Source: Rhynchobatus australiae (Eukaryota). From it: DNA of 64,000 nucleotides. The stretch spans positions 135,619,794 to 135,683,793 of the forward strand of contig JAUZTB010000001.1 in NCBI GenBank assembly GCA_034780895.1. Direction: 5' to 3'. The number at the start of each line of letters is the position of its first letter. Within the stretch, counting starts at the first letter, position 1. Both the position numbers and the translations under genes were made by a program. Shown here piece after piece: positions 25,965 to 40,085 of this stretch. Under the pieces are notes generated by a model. That model was not told the origin of the DNA, searched no databases, and worked only from the letters and a program-made list of their open reading frames with translations.

Positions 25965-26270
25965 TATGAGAGACGGCCATTCAGCCCAGCATGTCTATGC
26001 TGGCTCTCAGCAATCCCATTAATTGCACTCTCCCACTTATTTCTCTGTACTTTATTCTCTCAACTTCCCCCACCAACTGCACCAGGGCTAATTTACAATC
26101 AAGTTCTCAACCAGCACATCTTTGGGACACAAGGGGAAACCAGAGCACCAAATGAAAACCCACGTGGTCAGAGAGAACGTGCAAACTCTACATGGACAAG
26201 ATTGGCAGTCAGGATCAAGACCAGGCTGCAAGACCCTTGAAGCAACAGCTCTTTCTCTGCATCACTGTGC
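25965..26270 (-). mobile_element. HE1/V-SINE-type SINE
   Basis: cagcacatctttgggacacaaggggaaaccagagcacc...aaacccacgtggtcagagagaacgtgcaaactc...gtcaggatcaagaccagg; same family as 4785-5067. Confidence 0.75.
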
Positions 26271-27259
26271 CCTACAGGCAGGCACACACTAAGTAAAATG
26301 AATTAGATTTCAACTCTGGCTGCACACGATCTGTAGATCACTGCTCCCATCTGGTGGATTCAGAATATTGCATTATATAGCACTTCCCAAGTCTGTTTTA
26401 CAGGTAATTGGCTAGGTGAGAAGTGCAAGTTACATTATTTAATTGGGACAAAAAAACTGCAAAAGCAATAATTATCTCAATGTCAAATTAGACTGTTTGA
26501 GAAGAAATTTCTTGGCAAGGCATCTAAACATCATGTGGCTTGTGTTTAAATATAAATATAACACATGACGCAATTCCAATTTTATATTTCAATTTTTGTG
26601 CCTCAATACCAACACTCAATGTAGTCTTACCTTAATGACTTTAAGACACATTTGACTGCATGATAATGACCCAAGAATTAGCCTGAATTTCAGGTTAGCT
26701 TCCATTAACATCAGTGGTGCATTTATCACTTGCAGTACACATTAAACCAATTTAAATGTTCTAACTAACAACTGAAAGCACTACAGTAGATTTACTCAGA
26801 TTAAATTTGAACACAAATTTTAGTTGGGTGCTTAGTTTTGGATTCCAAAATAAGGTCAACAGCAAACATATTGCAACAGCATATCTAGTGATTGCCAGGT
26901 GGTGGCGATATTGAGCAATAATGCTGCCTTCTCTTCCACTACGATTCCATTAAAGAAACTTGTTTTTAAAGTTTTAAAATTGGAGACAATTTAATTTTCT
27001 TTTAAACTATATTAGATCACATAAATTAGGGTTTCAAACATCTTCAGTGCCCATAATTTTTGTGCTTAGCTGGATGTTTGGCTTCAACATTAAATCACCA
27101 CCACATTTAAGTGAATCCAAACTGAAGTGTTGTGAAATCCATACAGATGGTTTCTATGCCTGAAATGGAGTAAACATCTCCTTCCCACTCCTGCCCCCAT
27201 TGGAAGACATTAGCACTAAGCACTTTGCTTTAGTTAATTTAGCAACCATGAAGGCAGCA

Positions 27260-28240
27260 TATCATCGATGCCTTAGAAATTTCTATAGATGTACAGTGGA
27301 AAGAATTCTGACTGAATGCATCATGTTCTGGTGTGGAAACTTCAATGCACTGGAACGCAAGAGGCTACAGAGAGTGGTGGACTCAGCCAATTCCATCAGG
27401 GGTACAGCTCTCCGCACCATCAAGGACACCTACAAGATCACTGGAGGCGATGCAGAGGTGGTTCACTAGGTTGATTCCGGAGATGAGGGGGTTAGCCTAT
27501 GAGAGAGAGTGTCATCTGGGACTATACTCACTGCAATTCAGAAGAATGAGAGGATCTTATAGAAGCAGGAGGGTTATTTCCACTGGTAGGTGAGACTAGA
27601 ACTAGGGGACATAGCCTCAAGATTCAGTGGAAAACATTTAGGACAGAGGAGGAGAAACTGCTTTTCCAGAGAATAGTGATTCTGTGGAATTCATTGCCCA
27701 GGGAAGCAGTAGAGGCTCCCTCATTAAGACACAGTTAGGTAGATTTTTGCATAGTAGGGGATTTAAGGATTATGGGGAAAAGGCAGGTAGGTGGATCTGA
27801 GTCCACGGCCAGATCAGCCACGATCTTATTGAATGATGGAACAGGCTCAATGGGCCAGATGGCCGCCTCCTGCTTCTATTCCTTATGTTCTTATGCAAAA
27901 GGTGATGTCTCAGGAAGGCAACATCCATCAGGGACACCCACCATCCAGGCCATGCCCTCTTCTCATTGCTGCCACCAGGCAGGAGGTACAGGAATCTAAA
28001 GACCCACATGTCAAGCTTCTCCACTGTTCCTCACCATCAGGTTCTTGAACTAATCTGCAAAATGCTAATTTTACTTTGGACTATATTTCCTTCAAATTGT
28101 ACTAACATCATGTTCATTTTGTCATGCATGTATAATTGTTAATTTAAGTTTATGCAATTTATGTTTGTGGTGTACTGTGCTGCTGCTGCAGAAGGCAAAA
28201 TTTTAATGACATTTATACCCTGGGTGGATACAAATTTGAA
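27260..28240 (+). mobile_element. Rex1/Babar-type LINE 3' fragment interrupted by a CR1 insertion
   Basis: NFYRCTVERILTECIMFWCGN...RKRLQRVVDSANSI.G remnant resumes after 27895 with caaaaggtgatgtctcaggaaggcaacatccatc...ccatccaggccatgccctcttctc...caggcaggaggtacagga. Confidence 0.85.
27436..27895 (+). mobile_element. 5'-truncated CR1 LINE nested in the Rex1 element
   Basis: LEAMQRWFTRLIPEMRGLAYE...LGLYSLQFRRMRG remnant; ends cctcctgcttctattccttatgttcttatg, a CR1-type short tandem tail. Confidence 0.88.
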
Positions 28241-28319
28241 CTAGCAGAGTCGAGGCTTTTGGGATCCAAGTAGGTGCAGGGACATGTGGAATTTATCCAA
28301 CTGAACTCATGTAGACACA

Positions 28320-28880
28320 AGCCTGCAGATACTGGTATCTGGAGCAGAAAACAAACTCAGTGGGTCAGGCAGCATCTGTGGACAGAAAAGGATAGATGAT
28401 AGCACCTCTCCCGGTTCTGAGGGAGGGTCACATTAACTATTTCTTTCCACAGATGCTGCCAGACCTGTGTTTTTCCACCATTTGTATTTGTCAGGAGATG
28501 CAAGTAGAAGATAAGTGTTCAGGAATAGCATGACAGGGAAAAAAAGCAAAGCTGGAACTACGAGATACAACACCAGAGAAGCCCCAGCGCCTGACAATCT
28601 GATTCACCATCCCACTTTATGTCCTTTTATACTGTTCCAAAGCCCAACGTAACAAAGAAAACAATGTAATCTTTTGACTTGTCATAATACAGTTCTCTGG
28701 ACTTAGTATTCGTTTCAACTATTTCAAATAAGCAAACTTTCCAGTTTGTAACAGAACTGACCAGCTTTGATAAAAAGATCATTGACCCAAAACATCAACC
28801 GTTGCTCTCCACGAAAGCCACTTGGCTTGAGTATTTTCCGCATTATTTTTATTTCATTCCTCCAACATCTGCAGTTTGCC
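28320..28880. mobile_element. Penelope-derived palindromic terminus plus a very decayed GIY-YIG/3' end fragment
   Basis: ctgcagatactgg...gggtcaggcagcatctgtgga / tccacagatgctgccagacctg inverted pair at 28322-28490. A second terminal copy (tttgataaaaagatcattgacccaaaacatcaacc...caacatctgcag) lies at 28765-28875. Confidence 0.6.
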
Positions 28881-29051
28881 TTTCATCAGGTTTAAGAACA
28901 GTAAAATATATATTGCTTCTAATGCAAGGGAGGTAATTGAACTCCTTGGTATAAACTAACAACCAACATCCAAGAGGAAGATGGATGCAAGCACTGGATC
29001 TGTTATGACACTTCATAAAACGATTTGATGTGGGGAGGCGGGGACAAATTA

Positions 29052-29324
<273 letters not shown>

Positions 29325-30049
29325 TCATTGCTAACTTAACCCAATTCAACTCGTCTTAAGAGTCCTTTAAATTCAAAGACCAGAAATTTATTAACTTGAA
29401 AAGAGCATTTTGAACAAAAATTACATGTTCTCATTATGGATTTTGTCAACAATTAACATGCTTTCAATGAGAATTCCCAAAGTACACCAAGTCTCTGATG
29501 TTATCAATGAAACTACTGCCAATTTAATGTTATTGCAACCTAAATGATTTCTTTGATAGAGTATCATCGTGCCAGGTCTGCAGATATTGTACTGCTCATT
29601 AGGTCTGTCCATGACACANNNNNNNNNNNAAACAGGCAAGCTGCCTCAATTTTTGCAACCTTTTCTTAGCCTCAAGTGTAAACAAAACGGTCACTGCACA
29701 TCCCTCTTAGCTCCTTGCATTTCATGGTGTGAACTTGGGCTGTTAGCAACTAGTGTGGTGGCATCACACTTCTGTCCATAAAATCTGACACCAGCATGGA
29801 TCATAAGGCAGTAATTTTGGTAAATACAGGGAGTCTGTGTGTTCTGCATTGTAGCAGAGACCAGAATACTAGAGACAAATGCACACAACTGAGAATATGG
29901 ATAGAAATAAGAAGGGTGATGACTTTGATGGGATTATGTTTAAATTTCTTTAAAGTGGCAGGACATACTCAGAGCTGTTGAAAAGCACATGGGGGTTCTG
30001 AAATAGAGACATTGTAATGAATGCAGGGAGGTTATTTCATATTTTGTAT

Positions 30050-30330
30050 TTGGCTTTGACCATTCAGTCCATTAAGTTAATGCTGGCCTTAATTCCATTC
30101 CTCAACTTACCTCCCTGCAACCTCTCTTTCATCCAACTTCCTGGCTGTCCTACCACTCACCTACACACTAGCAGTAATTTACAGTAATCAATTAACTTAC
30201 TAACTAACACAATGTTTGGGATATAATAGGAGACTGGAACACTCGGAAAACAAAGATGGTCACAGGGAGAATGCTCAAACACCAGAGGTCGTATTGAACA
30301 TAGGTGCCAGTGCTGTTCTGCCATCTTATG
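30050..30330 (-). mobile_element. HE1/V-SINE-type SINE inserted in an old CR1 fragment (~29920-30680, +)
   Basis: cacctacacactagcagtaatttacag...tgtttgggatataataggagactggaacactcggaaaa...ggtcacagggagaatg...gaggtcgtattgaac. The CR1 sequence resumes with ataagacactggttaagtcac. Confidence 0.65.
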
Positions 30331-31149
30331 TTGAACCATAAGACACTGGTTAAGTCACTAGCTAAGCATAATATTCAATTTTAGGATAAATATGGAGAAC
30401 CTAGAAAAAAATGCAAAAACATTTATTAAAATGGTTCCAGGCAGTGATTTAAGTTACCAAATTAGACTGGAAAAATTAGGCTGGTTCCCTTTGGATCAAA
30501 GGTGGCTGAGAGGAGGCATGCTAAAGTGTACAATTTCATGATAGAAACTATCCCCTGGTGCTCATGATGGGAACAAAGAGTCACTGAAGGTGAGAGCAGG
30601 GAGGAAGGAGGCTGAGAGGATTTTAAAAAAATGCAGTGTACTGTTATGATCTGGAGTTTGTTGCCTGAGAAAATGGCAAAACCAGAAGTCAATCATGCCT
30701 TTCAGTAGGGAAATGGCTCAGCCCTAAAAGGAAAATGATTTCCAAAGATAAGAATAGGAGAAAACAGATCACTCTACATGAAGTCAGGTTGGACTCTATG
30801 GACATCTTCTGGACCAATATGATACTTTAATATTCTTGTGCTACATGACTCAGCAGTCCATTGCAACCCCATTTCTGATCCTTGAGCATACAATCTAAAA
30901 GCCCAGAAGCTGTTTGAAAAGCCAGGTAGTGGTACATTCTGCTTATAATGAAAATCAAAGACTGACCATAAAGGTTACTTCTATGAGGAAACCTAAATAC
31001 ATTGGATGAAGTGCTGCTCAGAGGTGCAGATTGGTACCCAACATATAGGTCAACATGTTATATGGTCACTTGACCCCACCTAGTTATTTGAAACAATTCC
31101 CCAAAACACTGTCATTTATAGTGCTGTTTAGATGAAAACCTAGGTGCAC

Positions 31150-31785
31150 TGATCAAGATTGCAGACTACATGAAATTTGTAGATAGGGAGGAAGGTTGTC
31201 AAAGGATATAGCAGGATATAGATCAGTTGGAAATTTGGGCAGAGAAATGACAGGCAAGTTTAATCTGGAGTGAGAGGTGTTACTTTGAGAGGTCAAATGC
31301 AAGAGGAAAAATAAATAAATAAAAGTAAGTGCCAGGATCCTTAGAAGCATTAATATACAGAGGGATCTTGAGGTGCAAGGCCATAACTCTAAAAACAGCA
31401 ATACAAGTAGATGGGGTGCTAAAGGTGGCATAGGTATGCTCACCTGAATTGGAGTGTATTTGCTACAAGGGGAGGTTGGACAAACTTGGATTGTTTTCTC
31501 AGTAGAATCAGAGACTGAGGGCTGACTTGATAGAAGTATATACAATTATGAGACATGGATAGGGTACATAGCCCGAGTCTTTCTTTCTCAGTGTGGAAGT
31601 GTGAGAGCATGCCAGCAGAGGTGGTAGCAGATACAATAGCAATGTTTAGGAGGCATTTAAGCAGACAGGGAATAGAGAGATATGGATCTCGTGGAGGCAG
31701 ATGGGATTCGTTAAGTTGGCATTATGGTCAGCACAGACATGGTGGGCTGAAGGGTCTGTCTCCGTGCTGTACTGTTCTGGGTTCT
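31150..31785 (+). mobile_element. CR1 LINE 3' portion, internally deleted
   Basis: gcaggatatagatcagttggaaatttgggcagagaaatgacag, cagagggatcttgaggtgcaag, and terminal gggctgaagggtctgtctccgtgctgtactgttct. Confidence 0.85.
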
Positions 31786-33334
31786 AAATGGCTGCAAGTA
31801 AAATGGCTACACTGCTTGCCAAAGCTATTTACTACATCTAAGGTTCCAAGATGATTAAGATGCAATGAGAGCTTATCATTTCAGTCTTGGGAATTTGATT
31901 AGTTTAGTTTTGTCTTTCCGAAAGGTGTATGTCAACATGCTGATTAGCTGCTACAGTATCAGTTACCTGACAAATTCCATTTTCACTAGCATGTCAGTTC
32001 AACAGCAGCATCACAAATTAACAGCCAGACTGCCAAATGCATTGAATACAAACAGCATGCTTCTGCACTGATAAAACTAGAAACTACTGTTGCAAAAATA
32101 ACTTACTTCCAGAATGCCATTTTAGAAAGGATTTTGGGGGGGGGGGGGGGGGGGGTAGGAAGTTAGAGATAAACAAAATGTTCGTTTTAGGTAAAATGTA
32201 AGCTGAAGTGTTTTTCATTTCATTTCATAAACATTTACCAAAATGTACAATTAGACAGAGCCTTTATCTGTTTTGTGCAGTTTTCAGTTGTTCCATTTGC
32301 AAGGAAACACTTGCTTGTTCATGTTACCAGAGTGATGCTGGTGAATAGGAAACCAGAGGATAGACGAAGCTATTTTTGGATAGGAAAACAATTATTGCTG
32401 ACAGTAGATTTTGAGAAGTCCATTTTTATTTTAAGACCAAGGGATACAGACAAATTTGAATTCCGCTTAAGACAACATTGGTAGTTAATTAGTGTAAATT
32501 AAAGAGGTTAGTCTGATTTTGGAGTGTGTGGTATGGGAAAAATTATCTAGCAATTGAAATACAGACCTTGAAAGGATGAAAACTGCACTCCTACATGGAA
32601 TTTCTGCAAATTAACACAACATTTCCACACACAAAAAACAGGAAAATAAATCTGCAGCAAGAGCCTTTAACAATGAAGAATATCTTAATAGCATTCACAT
32701 AAGTGTGAAAAAGAAAGGACCAATCAAAATGGCAAGTTAACGAGGCAAATCTTAAAAGGTCTTGAGGAGCAAGTTTAGAGGGGACCTGGTTGACAGAAGG
32801 TATAGCTACAAATAACCAGAAGGTGCAATAGGTTTTAGACAACAGAATAGGTAGTTTGACAGGTGGGACTGGGAAGCTGTTACACATTTAGACTGGACAG
32901 AAAATTGTGGCAGCAACATTACAAAAATGTTAAATATTAGCACATTTGGTAAATAAGAATTCCAGAATGTTTTGCTGATGAAGTACAACACTGCCAATTT
33001 GATTACATTTGGACATTTTCAGCCAAAAGTAGGGCATTCTTAAGCAAAACCCATTATCAAGCTTCAGAGCGATTGAACTCCAGCTTTCATCCAAATGTTC
33101 AGCACAAGGTCACATCAGGAAGGTGACTGGTGGGGAATTCGGGGGAGAATGGAGAGGTAGATGCAGAGTGATGGCATTAATGGGCACAAGAGAGAAATAA
33201 GTGGGGGAATGGGATTGCTCAGAACCAGTGCAAACTCTATGGGCCAAGTTGGCTGTTATGTCTGAAGGAAATATGAAAAAATAGAGAATGAGAAGTAGTG
33301 ACTATCACGGTACTCCCAAATTCTAAACTTTTCC

Positions 33335-33755
33335 CCCCCAAATCCCTCTTTCACTTTGCCATCTTAGCTAGACAGCTCGCATTTTGTTTTAATTTTGGTC
33401 TCTTACACATTTCTGGTCTTATCTGCTTCATTGTTGGCAGCCTTGCTTTCAGTTGCCCAGGACCTTGGCTTTGGAATTCCCTACTTTAGTGTGGTAGTAA
33501 TAAAGGGATTACAATAGAATTAGTGTAAATGGGTACTTGGTCAATGCAAACTCAGTGGACCCAATGGCTTGCTTTTGCGTTGTATAATTACGATTAAATC
33601 TCTTAGCCCTCTACCTCACTTTCTTCTACAAAATGCTTTCGCAACTGAGCTTTTGAACATCCTGATACTGGTGTCAAATTTCATTTGATAACTTATGAAC
33701 TACTTTTGTTTAGGATATTTTACATTGCTAACAGAACACAATAAATGCATGTTGT
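33335..33755 (+). mobile_element. L2-type LINE 3' remnant (with a SINE-tail insert at ~33490-33595)
   Basis: ttgttggcagccttgctttcagttgcccaggaccttggctttggaattccctac (G.RAFS...P.LWNSLP-like), ending aataaatgcatgttgtt. A related minus-strand remnant lies at ~44525-44720. Confidence 0.55.
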
Positions 33756-33930
33756 TACACTGCAGTTTGGACAAGGCGATCTTAGGACAAAGACCAAGCA
33801 TTTTTTCCAAAAGTCCTTCATCAGATAGTGCAACACGAATTGTATACTGCATTGAACCCAAGGAGTCATTACATGGCTTGGCTAACAAAAAAGCCTCATT
33901 CAGGATGGATTCTGAAACTCTTGATTGTAC

Positions 33931-34036
33931 CTGTATATTCCCTCCACTACGATGAGAATCTTTTTCCATGGTCGGCGTGTCCGAGGCTGCCCATGTACAA
34001 TTGCATCTTTAAGCAATTTATCCAAGCTCTGCATAT
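33931..34036 (-). CDS. SPTLC2: SPTLC2 exon 7 equivalent, 106 nt
   Basis: ttttcag|AT ATG... translates [34 protein letters not shown](S); donor AG|gtacaa. Confidence 0.96.
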
Positions 34037-35384
34037 CTGAAAATAATACAAGCATTGTAATGATGGCTATCCAGTTGGCAGTACACAAACATCTATGAAC
34101 AAACAAGTCTGCATTTTTAGTCATTATCAGCTGGTGGATGTCCAAACNNNNNNNNNNGTTACCTCAATGCTTAGAACAAGTTATGAGAATTGAAGCACAA
34201 CAAATCCACCCCAGTGGGCAATCCATTCAGCTTGTCATAATTTCTTCACTCAGAAATAATCAATATTATTCCTAGTGGCAGGTTTTTTTTATTAATGATA
34301 CTGATGTTTCTGCACTCTGTCATATCCAGAAGTTGATTAGGAGCAATTCTCATCCTTTCCCCAAAACTGCTGAAGTGGGATCAAATGAACGTATCAAAAA
34401 TGGGACTGATTTATTAGATATGGATATTAAGGGTCATGCAACTTAGGTGAGTGAGAAATTTGTGCCATACGTCCATGTTCTAAACAAAAGGCTTAACAAG
34501 CTTGAACTGAATGCCCTCATTCCCATGTTGACTATTGTTGATTATAATTTAGCTGCTTACCATTTATATTAATCCTATAGTAATACCTTTATTATTCTCA
34601 CCATATTAGGGTAGGGNNNNNNNNNNNNNNNNNNNNNNNNNNNNNNNNNNNNNNNNNNNNNNNNNNNNNNNNNNNNNNNNNNNNNNNNNNNNNNNNNNNN
34701 NNNNNNNNNNNNNNNNCAAGGTCATAGGCAACCAAGAGTACTGAATAGTTAAACACTGTTATACAACTTGCCATAAATTGACAATTTTATTAAATCCCAG
34801 TACTTAATTTGAACCATAGAACCTCAAAGCTTAGGCCAAACACAACTCAGAAGTCAACCAGTTATGTCTATAATGGTCAAGGAACAGCTACCCAGCCCAA
34901 TCCCACCTTTCAGTATTGGGTATGTACTGCCGGTCACAGCTCCATTTATAAAAATATGGAGTTTTGCCGACACCACCCTTTCATGCAACAAGTTCAAGGT
35001 CCTTACCACCCAGTGGGTAAAAGTCTGTTTTTCCTCATCTCCCCTCCAATCCTTATAAAAAATCTAATTAAATCTGCCTCATTTTTAATAAAAACTCTCT
35101 ACTTGGGTCCTTTTAACTTTGTCTTAACTTCATGCACCTTAAGTCTCTTGTATTTCTACACCCCCTTGCACAAACTAAAATTCTATCCAATATTTAGTCA
35201 AGGAATTCCAATTCAATGTGGAGCACAAGTTTACATTTGAATTATACAAGGACAATTAAAAAGGTAGATGTTCTGGCCAAATCATTGTTATTTCAGGTAC
35301 CCAGTTCATCCCACAAATCTGGACTTGGAACTGCATGTCACATCATTCACTGCACTGTTTAAGCCAAAATAGTAAGTGGAAAAT

Positions 35385-35580
35385 TGAAAGAACTTGCATC
35401 TGTTATCTTTCACAGTACAGTCTCGAAACGCTTTGCTGTCAGTGTGGGACATTGTAATGTGATCATTTATAGGGAAGCATCTAATTTGCACAAGGCAAGA
35501 TCTTGACCACGATATTGTCATAATCTGTTTTAATGATTGAGAGATAATTATTGGCCAGGACACCATGAGCACTTGAACAA
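35385..35580 (-). mobile_element. Deu-domain SINE remnant (AmnSINE1/SacSINE1-like)
   Basis: aaagaacttgcat...aaacgcttt...attgtaatgt...ctaatttgcaca..gcaagatc...taatctgttttaatgattgagagataattattggccaggacacc is the reverse complement of the Deu-domain/3' region as I recall it. Confidence 0.65.
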
Positions 35581-38500
35581 GAGAGAATATGAACATGTGA
35601 TTGAATGAGCATACACATGCATAGGNNNNNNNNNNAAAGGGTAAAAAGGTATTCTAACTCATTTTCAGCTAGTTGGAAAAATATCTGAGTCCACAAACTT
35701 GTTTTTTGTTAAAGTATGAGCTTAAAGCACTACAAGGAGCAAAGTCTGCTGGAGGCAGAATAAAGCTCCATTATTCTGATGGAATGTGCTTCAACTTTCC
35801 ACTTTTGAATGAAAACAATGCCAAATTGGAAACCGTTCCGCCCTGTGGACTTTCATCCACAAGGAACAGGTAGAGATTTATTTTGTGTACTGCACATACT
35901 GCAGACTAATCACTTTTATCCAAGGCCCGTTCTAGAGTTGGAGTACTCTGCCTCCTTAACTGATTTTATATGTCATACTTAAAATGACGAATGATATTAC
36001 AGACTGATGCTACACTGGGTCAATTTCACAATGATATCCATTACACAAGGGCAAATTAGCAATCACAAACTGATTGATTCAGTCAGCACTAGCATGTTAA
36101 AGCACGTGATTGGAGAAACAGTGTTAGGAAACTTGCACTATTCTCATCTGTGGATTTAAGCAATCTACAAAAATAGTTTGCCATTGATTCATGGAGAAGC
36201 TTTTTTTTTAAACAATAGTCTTCTGCTAGCAAAAAGATTAGTGAATAGCTCCAGGGTGTGCCTTCTGCAACAGGCACAGGATTACAATCACAGAAGGAAT
36301 AATTGAAAGATGTTTCAGCTTTTCCAAAAACGAGTTGAAGTTCCAAATGCCATTGGTATACAGGAATTGTTAAGATGTGGGAATATTTGGAACGATTTCC
36401 ATCCTGGATACCACCAGAAGCTGAACTGGACTGACAACTCCAATAGCAGTCAAGAGACTCAACAGCATTCAGTTTGATTGTTATCCCTCCCACCAAGCAT
36501 ACACGCCTCTCCACTTTGCAGGGTATACCATCGACAAAATTCGGTTTCCTACCTAGGCTACTCTGGAAGCAACTTTCAAGCCACCAACCTCTGTTCAGGA
36601 AAGACATGTATACATGATATCTGGGGTAATACTACTGTGTAATGCTGAAAATGGAACTGCAATTCCTTTGGTAAAATGTTGATAAAAGTGAGTATTCCAT
36701 CTAATCACAAGCTTCCCTTTAGAAGTTGCTAGTTTTGCTTGCATATTTTGCTGTTTTCAGGTTAACACTTGGACAATGTAAAAAGAGATCCAACCCATTT
36801 TGATTTCTTAAAGACCGATGATTATCAGCATGGCAACTGAAACCAATTTATATAATTTAAGTTCTCCTTCAAATGCTGAATTTTGGAATAACTTAGGATT
36901 CAATGCATTATGACAATGCAATATATTTAGGAAATTAAACAGGGGTAGAAAATGTACAGTAAATGGTAAAGCAGGAATGTTGATGGAGACCTTGAGGCTC
37001 AAATCCATAGTTAAAGTGACCCCACAGGTAGATACGGTGGTTGACAGCACATATGGCATGCTTGCCTTCATAGGTCATGAGCACAATATAAAAGTTGGGA
37101 CTTAATGTTGCAGCATTACAAAACACTGGTTAGATCACGGAGTATTCTGTGCTGACCTGGTTGGCGCATTATAGGGGGAAGTGACTGCACTGGAGAACTG
37201 GTTCTGCAAGTGAGGAATAACCAGATGCGAGTTTAAATCTGTTATTGTCAATCATTTCACCTGTGAAAATGTATTATTTCTGCAGATCCANNNNNNNNNN
37301 NNNNNNNNNNNNNNNNNNNNNNNNNNNNNNNNNNNNNNNNNNNNNNNNNNNNNNNNNNNNNNNNNNNNNNNNNNNNNNNNNNNNNNNNNNNNNNNNNNNN
37401 NNNNNNNNNNNNNNNNNNNNNNNNNNNNNNNNNNNNNNNNNNNNNNNNNNNNNNNNNNNNNNNNNNNNNNNNNNNNNNNNNNNNNNNNNNNNNNNNNNNN
37501 NNNNNNNNNNNNNNNNNNNNNNNNNNNNNNNNNNNNNNNNNNNNNNNNNNNNNNNNNNNNNNNNNNNNNNNNNNNNNNNNNNNNNNNNNNNNNNNNNNNN
37601 NNNNNNNNNNNNNNNNNNNNNNNNNNNNNNNNNNNNNNNNCAATCATACAATTTGACAAAATATCTGGGTGAACAAAACACTAGGAATAGCAACAAAATT
37701 ATTCTCAATTCCTCTGACCCAGAGCCTAAAGTAGTGGTAGATGGATCTGATCTGTATTTTCGTACAATTTTCAGTTTTATTGGAAAATGTATGTGCTGTT
37801 AATTACTAAAAGATGGCAAGCATCATATCTGGAAATTGTTCAAAACCAATGATATATATTGCATACAGAATCAGTTGATAATACTGCTGAATCATAAGCA
37901 CAAGACAGCATCACAACATGGATCTGTTCCAATTTGCCTATGGCAACAAGATGCAGAGGTTACTGATAACCTGTAAGAGTAGATGCAGGACAGCAATTGT
38001 GGCCAGAGGGCAAAAGCAAACTCAACCTTTTGTCAATATTTAGGCATCCACTTCCAGCAAATTTCTTTGGATTCTGATGAAAAGTAGAACTGCTGGCAGA
38101 ATTTCTAGTTGGCTTCTGTCAGTTTCCGAATTTATTACCGATTTTTTATTAGCCTGCAAGCTGTTGATATGTTCAGATCAATAACCCTACCCAAGCAGTT
38201 GAGGTTTCAGGGAGGCCTTGGACATACAACAGCTTTGCAAATAAATAGTTTGTTATTTTAAACAGAATTCCTGAAGACTAATGCAATAGTGAAACTTCTG
38301 CAAATTGTTGGACAGCATGAAACAATACTGGTTCAGAATGCAAGGGTGACCTTGAGCTTTAATTCTCCATCCCATTCCTGCTTTGGCTTTATTTTAATCT
38401 CCTACACTGTTCCAATGAAGCCCATGCAAGCTCCAAGAACAGGTCATTTAACTTGGCATATTACAGCTCTCGGGCCTCAATTTTGGACAAACAGCCTTTC

Positions 38501-38716
38501 CGATTTGTATTGCAACTAAAAATGTTCAACTGGAAATGTTAACCATTTCTCCTTCCACAGACACTGACCTGAGCATCTCCAGCATTCTTATTTGCCATTT
38601 CAGATTTCCAACATCTGCAATATTTTCTGGAAGCATTTTGCTGCCTTTTCCAAAGATTTTCTGATCTATAATACACGTTGTAATTTTCTGCACAGACAAG
38701 TCTCATTTCTGGTCTA

Positions 38717-38848
<132 letters not shown>

Positions 38849-39829
38849 TCATATTAGTTTAAAAACTCCAAAGGCTGACTGCCTTCAGTTTAAAAAAATG
38901 TTTTTATTCTAGCCCCCAGAGTAGTTTTAACAAAATGCAGACATGATTTTTGCTTCTAAGGAAGCACCGTCTTTGTTCAAGGCCATTCAAACAGAAATTA
39001 GAACTGCTCACAGCAGGAATATGGGGAATGAACTAATGGAACATGTTGGCAATATCAACACTTTACCCTCAAAATGGATTTCAATAAACTCTTCCATACA
39101 TTGTACTGTCAGAGGCATTTAAAGAAGTGTTTCTTAATGCTCAAAAGGTATATTTCCATTGAGAAAAAGGTTCCAGGAGAAGGTTGATTCATCTATGGCC
39201 AAGTTAAGGATGGCAAAGTGAAAGAAAAAGCTTAAAAGTTAAAGCTTAATGATAGATTCGAAGATTGGAAATATTTTAGAAACTGAATAATGACTTTTTA
39301 CAAGGTAGAAAACAGACAAGAGCACAAGCAAGAAACAGACTGCAGGAGCTTCTGTAGATAAAAAGAGCGCAGTTAAATTAAACATCAGTCCTTTAAGCAA
39401 ATAAACCTGAATTTCTAATGGGAAGACTTTGAACAAATCTTGTGTCAGACTGCATGGTAGAAGACTCTAGGAGCCTCCCAATAACGATCAAGGGAAAAGC
39501 AAATGAGGAACATAAAGCAATCAGGAAAATACCAGCAAATTGATGGGACTGAAAAATGACATGTCCGCTGATCCATATGGCCTGCATACTAGTCTTCAAA
39601 ATGGCTGCAGAGATTACAGATGCATTGGCTGTTATCTGTTGGGATCTATAATGATATCCATCTTCCATAATGATCAAATGAATTTCAAGGTTGCTTAGAA
39701 GAGAAAGGGTGCACTTTAGTATTACACATGTATTAATATTTCTCATCTCCAAACAAAAGTGGTAGGTTTTATATTCCACAAGTGTTAACATGGCAGCACC
39801 CTCCTGCAGCTGTCAAGAGTCTAGTGTGC

Positions 39830-40085
39830 AGATTACACTGTTGCAGCAGCATCGACCCGGGTTCAATTCCCACTGCTCTTTAAGGAGTTTGTACATTCTC
39901 TTGTCTGCGTGGGTTTCCTCTGGGTGCTACAGTTTCCTCCCACGTTCCAAAGATGTATAGGTTAGGAGTTGTGGGCGTGCCATGTTGGTGACAGAGTGCC
40001 AACACTTGTGGGCTGCCCCCAGCACATTCTCAAGTAATGCAAAAAGTAGTATTTCACTGCATTTCAATGTACACGTGACAATTTA
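39830..40085 (+). mobile_element. V-SINE-type SINE with a different (Rex1-like) tail
   Basis: gacccgggttcaattccc (B box), ggagtttgtacattctc..gtctgcgtgggtttcctctgggtgctacagtttcctcccacgttccaaagatgt, ending atttcactgcatttcaatgtacacgtgaca. Confidence 0.75.

Noticed and set aside
32135-32156. Long poly-G run (poly-C runs also at ~10246, 14664, 21644)
   Set aside because: Simple homopolymers of unreliable length in a short-read assembly; no evidence of function.
36089-36607. 172-aa minus-strand ORF in intron 6
   Set aside because: No homology I recognise and no supporting splice structure; exons 6 and 7 already join in frame.
38050-38100. CTGATGA flanked by a ccagca/tgctgg inverted repeat (snoRNA or hammerhead?)
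   Set aside because: No stem II plus GAAA for a hammerhead, and no correctly placed C and D boxes; it is also antisense to the host gene.
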